DNA of 64,000 bases from Acidimicrobiia bacterium (lineage in GTDB: Bacteria; Actinomycetota; Acidimicrobiia; Spongiisociales; UBA11373), in contig JACRIT010000085.1 in assembly GCA_016215655.1 (NCBI GenBank), positions 39,007 through 103,006 on the forward strand, in the 5' to 3' direction. Of this stretch, positions 40,825-49,952 are shown one piece after another. The translations under genes were made by a program, and so were the position numbers. The notes below the pieces were generated by a model that saw nothing but the letters and a program-made list of their open reading frames with translations, searched no databases and was not told where the DNA came from. The stretch's first letter is position 1, and each line of letters opens with the position of its first letter.

Positions 40825-41114
40825 CGACGCCCACGCCGCCGACACCGCTGTGGAGGACTCGCAGGTTTCGCATCGCCGCCCTCGCCGGGACCGTCGTCCT
40901 GCTGGCGCTCATCATCATCCTGCAGAACCTGGAGCGGTGGGACATCCAGTTCCTCTTCTGGAACGTCCGCACCTCGATCGCCGCCACGATCTTCGCCTCG
41001 ATGCTGGCCGGTGCCGGACTCGAGGTGCTGCTGCGCCTCGTGCTTCGTCGCCGCAAGCGCAAGCGCGAGTCGGCGCGGCTCGCGGAACACAAGCCCGAGG
41101 AGAAGACCGACTAG
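40821..41114 (+). CDS. LapA-like / DUF1049 small inner-membrane protein
   Basis: GTG start overlaps the HTTM stop (GTGA); two TM helices followed by a basic tail (LRLVLRRRKRKRESARL). Confidence 0.6.
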   Translation: MTTPTPPTPLWRTRRFRIAALAGTVVLLALIIILQNLERWDIQFLFWNVRTSIAATIFASMLAGAGLEVLLRLVLRRRKRKRESARLAEHKPEEKTD

Positions 41115-41124
41115 ACGGCCCTGG

Positions 41125-41595
41125 CTAGTAGCGCGGACCCTGATACCGCTTCGGCGGACGGCCGGTGAGCGAGGGGGCACCCCACGTGTCGTGGTACCAG
41201 ACATGGCGGAGCATCAGCCGGGCCTGCTCCACCCAGTTGGCGAGGGTCGCCTCGCGCGGAGTCTTCTTCTTGAGCCCTTCGATGGCGGCGGCGATCTCCA
41301 CCTCGCCCGCCAGCTCCATCGGGTTGCGGGTGCTGAGGTCCACCACGCCGGCCACCCCGGCGCGGACGAGGAGGCGTGCGTAGTCGTCATCGACGCCATT
41401 GATGCGCATCAGATCGCACCGATGCACCCAGTCGGCGATGCGGCGCGTCGAGATCTTGGTGAGCGCGGCGATCTCGGACCGGCCGTCGGGGGTGCTCCCC
41501 CACTTCAGCAATGCTTCGGTGTTCTTGATCCCGGCCTTGGTCAGCCGCTCGATCTGCTTGTCGCCGATGCCCTTGAGTTTCTCCAGCTTCGCCAT
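41125..41595 (-). CDS. DUF4332-like (tandem helix-hairpin-helix) protein
   Basis: MAKLEKLKGIGDKQIERLTKAGIKNTEALL...INGVDDDYARLLVRAGV; 156 aa. Confidence 0.65.
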   Translation of the reverse strand: MAKLEKLKGIGDKQIERLTKAGIKNTEALLKWGSTPDGRSEIAALTKISTRRIADWVHRCDLMRINGVDDDYARLLVRAGVAGVVDLSTRNPMELAGEVEIAAAIEGLKKKTPREATLANWVEQARLMLRHVWYHDTWGAPSLTGRPPKRYQGPRY

Positions 41596-41661
41596 GCGGT
41601 CTCCTCGGATGTGCGGGCCAAACCTACCAATCCGCGACACCCGCTGCGCCGGAACCGGCGG

Positions 41662-41871
41662 TCAAACGGCCCAGCGCTGCTGGACGGCCGGAGCCTCCTC
41701 GTCGTCGAAGAGGGCCGGGCGGTGAGCACCGACATCGACCACGAGGTGGCGCTGGGTGAAGGGGCCCTCGCCGCCCCACAACTCGGCGATGCCGACGGCA
41801 CGGGCCAGATCATGATTGCAGCGGCCCTGCTCGCACTGGCGATACGGGTCCTGGGGGGTGGTGTCCACCAC
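41662..41871 (-). CDS. small hypothetical protein (69 aa, CxxxxC)
   Basis: GTG start; DPYRQCEQGRCNHDLARAVGIAELWGG; high GC3; no clear RBS. Confidence 0.3.
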   Translation of the reverse strand: MVDTTPQDPYRQCEQGRCNHDLARAVGIAELWGGEGPFTQRHLVVDVGAHRPALFDDEEAPAVQQRWAV

Positions 41872-41915
41872 TCAGGCATCGGCGTACCCGGGCCGGGCTT
41901 GAACGGAGTCTGGGA

Positions 41916-42266
41916 CTAGTACCCGAGTTCCTGCAGCCGCTCGTCGTCGATGCCGAGGTGGTGCGCCACCTCGTGGAGCACGGTCTTGCGGATCTGGCGG
42001 CGCAGCCGCGACGGTGGGAGCCGCAGTTCGAGGTGCGGGCCCATGAACACGGTGATCCGGTCGGGGAGAAACCCGGAGTAGCCGCTGGAACGGTCGTGGA
42101 GGTTTACCCCCTCATAGAGCCCGAGCAGCCCGACACCATTGGGATCCTGCTCCGCCGACGGCCATTCCTCGACGACGACGTGGAGATTGTCCACGGCGGC
42201 GGTGACCCAGTCGGGCAGGTCCTCGAGGGCCTCGTCCACGAGGGTCTCGAAGTCGGCGCGTCTCAT
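41916..42266 (-). CDS. metallopeptidase-family protein (DUF1025/COG3824, HExxH)
   Basis: 116 aa with HEVAHHLG zinc-binding motif. Confidence 0.75.
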   Translation of the reverse strand: MRRADFETLVDEALEDLPDWVTAAVDNLHVVVEEWPSAEQDPNGVGLLGLYEGVNLHDRSSGYSGFLPDRITVFMGPHLELRLPPSRLRRQIRKTVLHEVAHHLGIDDERLQELGY

Positions 42267-42301
42267 GGGGGTGAGGATACGAGGGCTACAATCGCTGCTC
42301 C

Positions 42302-42373
42302 GGGCGCTTAGCTCAGCGGGAGAGCGCTGCCTTCACACGGCAGAGGCCACTGGTTCAATCCCAGTAGCGCCCA
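42302..42373 (+). tRNA. tRNA-Val (anticodon CAC)
   Basis: GGGCGCTTAGCTCAGCGGGAGAGCGCTGCCTTCACACGGCAGAGGCCACTGGTTCAATCCCAGTAGCGCCCA; clover-leaf with 7-bp acceptor stem; CCA not encoded. Confidence 0.9.
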
Positions 42374-42405
42374 CGGCGGCAACCCTCGCGTCGCTCGGGT
42401 CGCGG

Positions 42406-42445
42406 GCCGCCCCTCGGGCGGCTAGGGCGAATCCTTCGGATTCGC
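42406..42445 (+). terminator. twin hairpins downstream of tRNA-Val(CAC)
   Basis: GCCGCCC-ctc-GGGCGGC and GCGAATCC-TTCG-GATTCGC; the same pair recurs downstream of tRNA-Val(GAC) at 52079-52119. Confidence 0.4.
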
Positions 42446-42572
42446 CTGGCTGACGCAAACCCCGACCGGCGAACAGCCGAGCAGGCTTCAGAGCCCGAAC
42501 CCACAGCCTCACCACGGCCGCTCTCCGAGCGTTGGGTTCCGGATAGCCTGCCGCCCGGAGGAGGACCACCGC

Positions 42573-43970
42573 ATGACCGACTTCGACTTCATCGTGATCG
42601 GATCGGGTCCGGCCGGCGAGAAAGCCGCGGCGCAGGCCGCCTACTTCGGAAAGAAGGTCGCCATCGTCGAGCGCGACGAGCGGCTCGGAGGCGCCCCGGT
42701 CAATCGCGGCGGCATCCCCGCCAAGACCCTGCGCGAAACCGCCCTCTACATGACCGGGTTCGGACGCAGCGACCTCTACGGCGTCGAGGTCGCCTTCGGA
42801 TCGGAGGTCACGCTCGACCGGCTGCGCACCCGAGCCGCCGCCGAATCCGAGCGCGCCGGCGAAACCGTACGGCAGAACCTCGATCGTCATGGCATCGCCC
42901 TGCTCCGCGGGTCGGGCCGTCTCGAAGCCGATCACACGGTGGCGGTGACCGCTGCCGACGGCACCGTCACCCGACACCGCGGGGAGGTCGTGCTGATCGC
43001 CACGGGTTCCCACCCCTTCCATCCGCCCGGTATCCCCTTCGACGATCCCGACGTCGAGGACTCCGACTCGATCCTCATCCTGGATCGCATCCCGCGCAGC
43101 ATCGTCGTGGTGGGCGGGGGTCCGGTGGGATGCGAGTACGCCTCGATCTTCGCCGCCCTCGGCGCCCAGGTGACGCTGGTCGACATGGCCGACCGCCTGC
43201 TCCCCTTCCTGGACGCGGAGATCTCGCGGACCCTGGCCGACTGCTTCGCCGACTCCGGAATCCGGGTGGTCCTCGGGTCGCCACCCGCCGGGATCCGGCG
43301 TGGGGCGAAGGGTCTCGAGGTCACGGTCGCCGATGAAGTACAGCACCCCGACCGGGTGCTGTTCGTGGCGGGACGCACGGGCAATACCGATGGCATCGGC
43401 CTGGCCGAGGCCGGGGTGCAACTCGACGACCGGGGTCGCATTCAGGTCGATGCCGAGTACCGCACCACGGTTCCCTGGGTGTTCGCCGCTGGAGACGTGA
43501 TCGGTCCTCCCGCCCTCGCCTCGGTGTCTGCGGAGCAGGGCCGGGTGGCGGCGTGCCACGCCTTCCACATCCCGTTCAAGGAGTCGGTGGACCAACTCCC
43601 ACCGTTTGGCATCTACTCGATTCCCGAGGTCGGCGGCGTCGGCCTGACCGAAGAGCAAGCGGCAGCTACGGGCATCGACTACTCCGTTGGCACGTACGAG
43701 TTCGCCGACAACCCGCGCAGTCGCATCGCCGGCACGACCTACGGCATGATCAAGCTGGTGCTGCGCCGCGACGATCGGCGACTTCTCGGTGTGCACATCG
43801 TCGGCGAGGAAGCCGCCGAGTTGATCCACATCGGCCAGGCGGTGATCCACGCCGGGGAGACGACCGATCGGTTCATCGACACGACCTTCAACATCCCCAC
43901 CCGCAGCGAGGCGTACAAGTACGCCGCCTACGACGCCTTGCGGCGGCTGGCGGCGCCCCGGCCCGGGTGA
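42573..43970 (+). CDS. FAD-dependent pyridine-nucleotide oxidoreductase (soluble transhydrogenase SthA-like, lacks the redox-active Cys pair)
   Basis: GSGPAGEKAA (FAD), GGGPVGCEYA (NAD), C-terminal dimerisation domain; GGAPVNRGGIPAK replaces the CxxxxC disulfide; GGAGGAGG RBS. Confidence 0.8.
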   Translation: MTDFDFIVIGSGPAGEKAAAQAAYFGKKVAIVERDERLGGAPVNRGGIPAKTLRETALYMTGFGRSDLYGVEVAFGSEVTLDRLRTRAAAESERAGETVRQNLDRHGIALLRGSGRLEADHTVAVTAADGTVTRHRGEVVLIATGSHPFHPPGIPFDDPDVEDSDSILILDRIPRSIVVVGGGPVGCEYASIFAALGAQVTLVDMADRLLPFLDAEISRTLADCFADSGIRVVLGSPPAGIRRGAKGLEVTVADEVQHPDRVLFVAGRTGNTDGIGLAEAGVQLDDRGRIQVDAEYRTTVPWVFAAGDVIGPPALASVSAEQGRVAACHAFHIPFKESVDQLPPFGIYSIPEVGGVGLTEEQAAATGIDYSVGTYEFADNPRSRIAGTTYGMIKLVLRRDDRRLLGVHIVGEEAAELIHIGQAVIHAGETTDRFIDTTFNIPTRSEAYKYAAYDALRRLAAPRPG

Positions 43971-44062
43971 ACGCCCCGTCCTCGGCCCGGGTCGTCGCCG
44001 GCAAGCCGCGCCGCGGCGCCGCGGCGGGTACGCTGCCTGCTCTTCCACGGAGGATGCACCGA

Positions 44063-44230
44063 TGAGCCAGAACCATCCCGAATCCACCGACCCCGTGTCG
44101 CCGGACAACAAGCGCATTGCCGACGGCATCGAGGCCGAGGTTGGCATCCCGGTGAGCATCGAGGCGGAGATGCTGCTGGAGGCCGCGGAGCTCGAAGAGG
44201 CCGAATACGGGGAACCGGCTCCGGACTGAT
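44063..44230 (+). CDS. small acidic protein (55 aa), absent from the ORF track
   Basis: GGAGG 7 nt upstream of ATG; MSQNHPESTDPVSPDNKRIADGIEAEVGIPVSIEAEMLLEAAELEEAEYGEPAPD; high GC3. Confidence 0.4.
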
Positions 44231-44292
44231 CGGCACCGGCTCGCTCGCCGGGGCGGTCACATCGGAACGCTCGGGTTGCCCCCGGGACCTGC

Positions 44293-44880
44293 TCAGCTTC
44301 CGAGCTGCCGGATGACGTCGGCAATGCGTTTCGCCCTGGTCTCGGGACGCTTGGCGATGCGCACCGCCCACAGATGCTGCTTCTTGGCGGAGTCGGGCAA
44401 TCCCGCAAAGGCGGCCTGAGCCGCCGGTGAGGCCGAGAGGGCGGCCTCGAGATCGGCGGGAATGATCAGCGAGTCGACCTCATCGGTCTGCGACCACGAA
44501 CCGTCCGCCTGGGCCTGGTCGATCACCGCCTGGCCGATTGCGGTCATCAGCCCCTCCTCCTGCAATCGGGCAATGCGCGACTTGTTCGACGCCGACCAGA
44601 GACCGCCCTTGCGTCGCGGAGAGAACCACTGGATCTTGCGGTCGTCGTCCACCCGGCGGGACTGACTGTCGATCCACCCGAAGCACAGCGCCTCCTCCAC
44701 CAGATCGTCATACAGAGGGCCCTCGAGGGCGCTCGACTTCTTGCGGTGGACGATCCACAGGCCTTCCTTCCGCCCGGAGTTGGACATGAGCCAGCTCCTC
44801 CACTCGGCCCGGGTCGAGGGGGTGAACACCTCCTTGCCGTTGGGCGACGCGGGCGGTGCCAGGTCGGCTGTTCTGGCCAC
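44293..44880 (-). CDS. YdeI/OmpD-associated family protein
   Basis: WRSWLMSNSGRKEGLWIVHRKK...EEALCFGWIDSQSRRVDDDRKIQWFSPRRKGGLWSASNKSRIARL. Confidence 0.8.
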   Translation of the reverse strand: MARTADLAPPASPNGKEVFTPSTRAEWRSWLMSNSGRKEGLWIVHRKKSSALEGPLYDDLVEEALCFGWIDSQSRRVDDDRKIQWFSPRRKGGLWSASNKSRIARLQEEGLMTAIGQAVIDQAQADGSWSQTDEVDSLIIPADLEAALSASPAAQAAFAGLPDSAKKQHLWAVRIAKRPETRAKRIADVIRQLGS

Positions 44881-44960
44881 GACGACACGATAGGAGTCGA
44901 CGCCGACCCCCGGCCTCTACCCGGAGCGACTCGGCAACGCGGCGACGGAAGCAGTCGCTT

Positions 44961-45428
44961 TCAGGGTCCGCCTTCGATCCAGCTGCGGTCCGAGCGCGCC
45001 AGTCGACTCGCGATCGCCTCCCAGCGCGCTTCGTCGAGCAGGATCGGACTGGCGAACTGCATGTTGCCGAAGATGAACGGTTTGCGGCCGCGAAACGCCC
45101 GGTCCCGGCGCAGGTCGTCGCCGGGTACCCACCGGCGCAGAGGGCGGACCTTCCAGGGCACGAAGGCATGCCGGTCCGCCGCCGAGCGAATCGCGCTTCC
45201 CCGGATGCGGGCGACGGCGACGATGTTGCCCCACCCGCCATCGAACTGGAACACCGCGGCACGATCCCCTAGCCCGATCCGATCCGCATGATGGAAGACC
45301 GATGTGCGGTCGCGCAGCCGGTCCAACAGGATGTCGTATCCCCGGGTCTCCGGGTGGCCCCGATAGTCGTAGGTCCAGTTCGGGTTCTTGGGGTTGTTGC
45401 CGAACAGGTAGAAGTCCGTCACCACCAA
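44961..45428 (-). CDS. hypothetical protein (155 aa; PUA/EVE-like fold suspected, unverified)
   Basis: High GC3 and typical codon usage; no motif I can assign with confidence. Confidence 0.5.
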   Translation of the reverse strand: MVVTDFYLFGNNPKNPNWTYDYRGHPETRGYDILLDRLRDRTSVFHHADRIGLGDRAAVFQFDGGWGNIVAVARIRGSAIRSAADRHAFVPWKVRPLRRWVPGDDLRRDRAFRGRKPFIFGNMQFASPILLDEARWEAIASRLARSDRSWIEGGP

Positions 45429-45521
45429 AGGATACGCCGACCCACCGGGTGCGGCGGGTTCGCTCCTCCCGCTATCGGACGCCGGCGGGACGATCGCGGC
45501 GGAGGACCCGATCCGTCGCCA

Positions 45522-47090
45522 TCAGCCGCTCGTCGCCACCTCGGCCGCGCGGAAGCGGAAGTACGACCACGTGATCGCGGTCACGGTGGCATATGCCCCC
45601 GCCAGCGCCAGCACCACCACCACTCCGGTCTCGCCGAACGCATCTCCGTACTCACCGTGGGGATTGATGAGCAGGTGGAAGAACAGGTAGGTGGACACGC
45701 CGAACAGCGCCAGCCACGCCGCACGGTTCCACTCGACGATCGACCGGCCGTCCATGAACGTGAGGGGGACCATGTTGTACATGACGCCTTCGATGCCCCC
45801 GACGAAGAGCACCGCAAGCACTCCCTCGGCGAGGTCACTGCCCCACCCTTCGCCCCCGCCGGAGCGCACCACCCCGAGACCGAACCACGCCACGATGCCG
45901 AGACCGAGGAGCGCCAGTGCCGGATAGAAGGCGGAGCGTCCCGACTGCGCCCGATCGAGCGCCTGCGGCACGAGGATCGCCGTGGACGCCACGAACCCAT
46001 AGACGATGCCCGGCTCGAATTCGAGGGCGCGAGTCACGATCACACAGCCGATGGCGGCGAAGAGGGCAACGGTGTGGACGCGGACCGCGGCGGGCAACCC
46101 GAGTCTGCGCCGGGCGAACCAGGCAGCCCCTCCCTCGCCCACGAGGGTCAGCACGCCCAATCCGGCCATGAGTGAGACGAACAACACCGCACTCGCCCGA
46201 TTGAGCCCGAATCCGGGGCTGAGAAACCCGTACACGCCGCCGGTGAGGACGAGCAGGACACCGGCTCGTACCGCCACCGGAATGGATCCGGTGAACCAAC
46301 TCCCCCACCGCGCCACCCGGCCGCGGACGCCCCGCCACCACCCCTCGATCGTGTCCCGATTCGACTCGAGGGTGCTGTTGAACACGGCCGAGGTCACTCC
46401 GAAGATCAGCAGCAGGAGCAGGGTGAGCATCAGATTGGTGAGGATCACCCCCAGCGACGACTTCACCTTGTCGGGACCGGGAGTGGTGGCGATGAACCCG
46501 CCGCCGGGACCGCCCGCCCCCGGGGACTCCTGTGGCGCCAGCACCTGTGGCGCGGTGGTCGTCGTGATCGGCACCGGCAGGGTGGTGGTGGTCGGTACCG
46601 TCGTCGGGGCCGTGGCCGGAGCAGGTTCGGAGAGCTTCGGAGGCAGGACCGGGGGCAGGGTCGTCGTCGTCGTGGTGGTCGTCGTGGTCGTCGTGGTCGT
46701 GGTCGTCGGAGGGGCAGGATCGATGGTGTAGCCGGCAGATGCCTGCTGACACGGACCGAATGGCGTACACATGCGGGCGTACACCATGTGCCGCCCGAGA
46801 GGCGCGCCACCGGGAGTCGGAGCGGTGGCCGAACCGGTGCACGACACGCCGTCCATGGTCGCCGAGGCATAGGCAGGGTTCGTCGGACTGTCCCAGTGGA
46901 AGGTGACCGTGGCTCCACCGTTGAAACACTCGGGTCCGCTCTGCGAGAAGAAGGAGGCGGTGAAGGAGACCCCGGCAGGACCGTGGTTGGGAGTCAGGGT
47001 CAGCGAGTTCGCCGCCCCGGCAGAGGGCGCGACGATCAGCACCATCGCCACGCAGGCGACCACGGCGAGGACCCTCCCGACCCGCGACAT
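45522..47090 (-). CDS. secreted Cys-containing domain plus T16-PP linker plus polytopic membrane domain protein
   Basis: Signal peptide MSRVGRVLAVVACVAMVLIVAPSAGA|ANS, ~110-aa domain with 6 Cys, 16 consecutive Thr then Pro-rich segments, ~8 C-terminal TM helices; GAGGAGGG RBS before ATG 47090. Confidence 0.6.
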   Translation of the reverse strand: MSRVGRVLAVVACVAMVLIVAPSAGAANSLTLTPNHGPAGVSFTASFFSQSGPECFNGGATVTFHWDSPTNPAYASATMDGVSCTGSATAPTPGGAPLGRHMVYARMCTPFGPCQQASAGYTIDPAPPTTTTTTTTTTTTTTTTLPPVLPPKLSEPAPATAPTTVPTTTTLPVPITTTTAPQVLAPQESPGAGGPGGGFIATTPGPDKVKSSLGVILTNLMLTLLLLLIFGVTSAVFNSTLESNRDTIEGWWRGVRGRVARWGSWFTGSIPVAVRAGVLLVLTGGVYGFLSPGFGLNRASAVLFVSLMAGLGVLTLVGEGGAAWFARRRLGLPAAVRVHTVALFAAIGCVIVTRALEFEPGIVYGFVASTAILVPQALDRAQSGRSAFYPALALLGLGIVAWFGLGVVRSGGGEGWGSDLAEGVLAVLFVGGIEGVMYNMVPLTFMDGRSIVEWNRAAWLALFGVSTYLFFHLLINPHGEYGDAFGETGVVVVLALAGAYATVTAITWSYFRFRAAEVATSG

Positions 47091-47201
47091 GTCCCTCCTC
47101 GGACGAAGCTGGCGCCCCCAACCCCGAGGATGGTACGCGACCCGCCACCTGCACGCGGACACCCCGGTCCGCTATCTTCTCGCCCCGAACGAGGAGGCGG
47201 G

Positions 47202-47657
47202 ATGTCCAAGGTCGAGCTGTACACACTCATTCACGTGCTGGCCGCCATCATCTGGGTGGGCGGCGCGGCCACGTCACAGGTGGTGGCCTTGCGGCTGAAG
47301 AAGGCGGATCCCGGCCATCGCCTCGGGTTCGCCAAGGACATGCGGTTCGTGGCGCAGTGGCTCTTCATCCCGTCGGCGGTCGTCGCCTTCGTGTTCGGCT
47401 CGCTCCTCGTGGAAGAGACACCCGCCTTCGGATACGACCAGACCTGGCTCGTGATCGGCAACACCGGGCTCCTGGTGGCGCTGCTCATCGCCGCCGGATA
47501 CCTGGTGCCGCACATCCGCAAGGCCATTCGACTCATGGAGTCGGGTCAGGGGGAGGCAGCAGGCGCCACGATGCGCCGAGTGACGGTCGGCGCCCGCCTC
47601 GTCGTGCTCATCCTGATCGTGATCGTGTGGGCAATGGTCGCAAAGCCGGGCCTGTAG
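47202..47657 (+). CDS. DUF2269-like 4-TM membrane protein (paralogue 1)
   Basis: MSKVELYTLIHVLAAIIWVGGAATSQVV...; AGGAGG RBS. Confidence 0.6.
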   Translation: MSKVELYTLIHVLAAIIWVGGAATSQVVALRLKKADPGHRLGFAKDMRFVAQWLFIPSAVVAFVFGSLLVEETPAFGYDQTWLVIGNTGLLVALLIAAGYLVPHIRKAIRLMESGQGEAAGATMRRVTVGARLVVLILIVIVWAMVAKPGL

Positions 47658-47668
47658 GAGGGAACGCC

Positions 47669-48118
47669 ATGACACTCTTCGAAACCCTGAAGTTGCTCCA
47701 CGTGCTCGCGGCCGCCATCTGGGTGGGTGGCGGAGTCCTGCAGACGACGTACGTGGTGCGGTCGGTCCGCGCGGATGCAGCACACCGGCTCGGCGTCGCC
47801 CGCGACATGGTGTTCCTCGGATCCAAGGTGTTCGGGCCGGTCTCGGGTCTGGCGTTCATCTCCGGGGTATGGATGGTGATCGAACGACCCGCATTCGCCT
47901 TCGGCGACGCCTGGATCGTCATCGGCCTCGCCGGCTTCGCCCTTTCCAGCATCGTGGGCGGCGCGGTCTTCAGCCCCAAGGGGAAGGCACTGCTGGCCGA
48001 ACTCGAGGCCGGCACCTCCGGAGAGGCACCGCTCCGGGCGATCATCCGGGCGGCGTTCGTCGATCAGGCGATCCTGCTCGTGGTGGTCTGGGCGATGGTG
48101 GTCGGGCCCGGGGCCTAG
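47669..48118 (+). CDS. DUF2269-like 4-TM membrane protein (paralogue 2)
   Basis: MTLFETLKLLHVLAAAIWVGGGVLQTTYVV...; about 40% identical to the upstream paralogue, 11-nt spacer. Confidence 0.6.
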   Translation: MTLFETLKLLHVLAAAIWVGGGVLQTTYVVRSVRADAAHRLGVARDMVFLGSKVFGPVSGLAFISGVWMVIERPAFAFGDAWIVIGLAGFALSSIVGGAVFSPKGKALLAELEAGTSGEAPLRAIIRAAFVDQAILLVVVWAMVVGPGA

Positions 48119-48125
48119 GGAAGCC

Positions 48126-49952
48126 TCAGTCCGACGTGTAGAGCGCCTCGATCTCCGCGGCGAAGTGCTCGGTGACCCGGTTGCGCTTCACCTTCAGGGT
48201 CCCGGTCAGCTCGCCACTCTCGATGGACAGCTCGCGGGGCAGGATCGCGAACTTCTTCACCCCGTTCACCTGAGCGACCTTCTTGTTGATCCCGTCGATC
48301 GTCGCCTGGATCTCGCGGCGGATCTCGGGCGAGAGGTGAAGGGGACCGCTCACGTTGTGTCGATCGGCAAATGCCCCGGCCGCCACCGGGTCGAGCGTCA
48401 CCAGGGCCGTGAGGTACTTGCGCCGGTCACCGATCAGCACCGCTTCCGAGACCAGCGGATTCTCCTTGATGCCGGTCTCGATGTCCTTGGGGGCGATGTT
48501 CTTGCCCCCGGCCGTGATGATGATGTCCTTCTTCCGACCCGTGATGAACAGGAACCCGTCCGCATCGAACGTGCCGATGTCGCCGGAGAGCAGCCAGCCG
48601 TCCTTGAGTGTCTCGGCGGTGGCTTCCGGGTTCTTGAAGTAGCCGGCGAACACGTTGCCGCCCTTGAGCAGGACCTCACCGTCCTCGGCGAGCCGCACTT
48701 CGGCGCCCGGGTAGGCGATGCCGACACTGCCGAACTTGGTCTTCCCGGGCCGATTGAACGTCGTCGGCCCAGACCCCTCGGACTGGCCATAGACCTCGAT
48801 GATCGGGAGGTGGAAGCCGGCGAAGAACTCGAGCAACTCGGGGGAGATCGGCGCGGCTCCGGAGATGGCGCCACGCACCCGGTCCATGCCGATGCCCGTC
48901 CTCACCTTCTTGTGCACCACCCCGGCGAGGACCAGCTTGGCGGCAAGGGCCGCCGACGGCTTGCCGCCCCGGTTCTCGATCGCCACGACCTTGCGTCCCA
49001 CCACCTGCGCCCAGGCGGCGAGTTTCGCCTTGACCCCGGTGGCGTGGCCGAGCTCTGCGGCGACCCCGGCGTGGAACTTCTCCCACACCCGGGGAACCGC
49101 AAAGAACACGGTCGGCTTGACCTCCTTGAGGTTGTCGAGGAGAGCCTCGAGAGACTCGGCGAAGTAGATCGGATACCCGATGCTGATCGGGATGTGGACC
49201 GAGAACATCTGCTCGGCGATGTGGCTCAGCGGCAGATACGAGACCGATGAGTCGTCCGAGGTGAGGGGCATGACACCGTAGGAGTTGTCGGCGGTCCACG
49301 TGAGATTGGAGTGGGTGAGCATGACCCCCTTCGGGGGCCCGGTGGTGCCGGAGGTGTAGATGAGGGTCGCCAGCCCACCCGGGGTGAGGGACGCCAGCCG
49401 GGCATCGAATTCGGCATCGGGGACACCGTTGCCCATCGCCAGGAACTCGTCCCAGGTGATGACCTGGGCGTCGTCGATCTCGGGGGCTCCGCGCATGGTG
49501 ACGATCCACTTGAGGGCGGGCAGGTCACGCCGCACCGCCAGGACCTTGTCCAATTGCACCTTGTTCTCGACGAGGATCACCGGTGCCTCGGCGTGACCGG
49601 TGATGTACTGGACTTCCTCGGGCGACGAGGTGGCGTAGATGCCCGCGGGAGCGCCGCCCACCGCCATCGTGGCGAGATCGAGGATCACCCACTCGGGGCG
49701 ATTGAACCCGAGAATGGTCACCTTGGACTCGAACGGGAATCCGACGGCGAGGAGGGCCTTTCCGGCGCGCCGCACCTGGGCGGCGTATTCGGTCCACGAG
49801 GTCGAGCGGTACTCGCCGTCCACCTTCTCGAAGTACGCAGGGCTGCCAGGGCGCTTCTCGGCTTGAGCGAACAACCGGGCGGGAATCGTGTCGGCCACCG
49901 GGACCTCCTCGCAGTCGGCGGCAATCGTACACGGGGGGGTCCTTGTCCCCAC
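48126..49952 (-). CDS. fadD: long-chain fatty-acid--CoA ligase (AMP-dependent synthetase)
   Basis: AMP-binding motif IYTSGTTGPPKGVMLTH, GYGQSE-like motif, C-terminal KVKR...; start may be internal (GTG near VADTIPARLF). Confidence 0.85.
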   Translation of the reverse strand: MGTRTPPCTIAADCEEVPVADTIPARLFAQAEKRPGSPAYFEKVDGEYRSTSWTEYAAQVRRAGKALLAVGFPFESKVTILGFNRPEWVILDLATMAVGGAPAGIYATSSPEEVQYITGHAEAPVILVENKVQLDKVLAVRRDLPALKWIVTMRGAPEIDDAQVITWDEFLAMGNGVPDAEFDARLASLTPGGLATLIYTSGTTGPPKGVMLTHSNLTWTADNSYGVMPLTSDDSSVSYLPLSHIAEQMFSVHIPISIGYPIYFAESLEALLDNLKEVKPTVFFAVPRVWEKFHAGVAAELGHATGVKAKLAAWAQVVGRKVVAIENRGGKPSAALAAKLVLAGVVHKKVRTGIGMDRVRGAISGAAPISPELLEFFAGFHLPIIEVYGQSEGSGPTTFNRPGKTKFGSVGIAYPGAEVRLAEDGEVLLKGGNVFAGYFKNPEATAETLKDGWLLSGDIGTFDADGFLFITGRKKDIIITAGGKNIAPKDIETGIKENPLVSEAVLIGDRRKYLTALVTLDPVAAGAFADRHNVSGPLHLSPEIRREIQATIDGINKKVAQVNGVKKFAILPRELSIESGELTGTLKVKRNRVTEHFAAEIEALYTSD

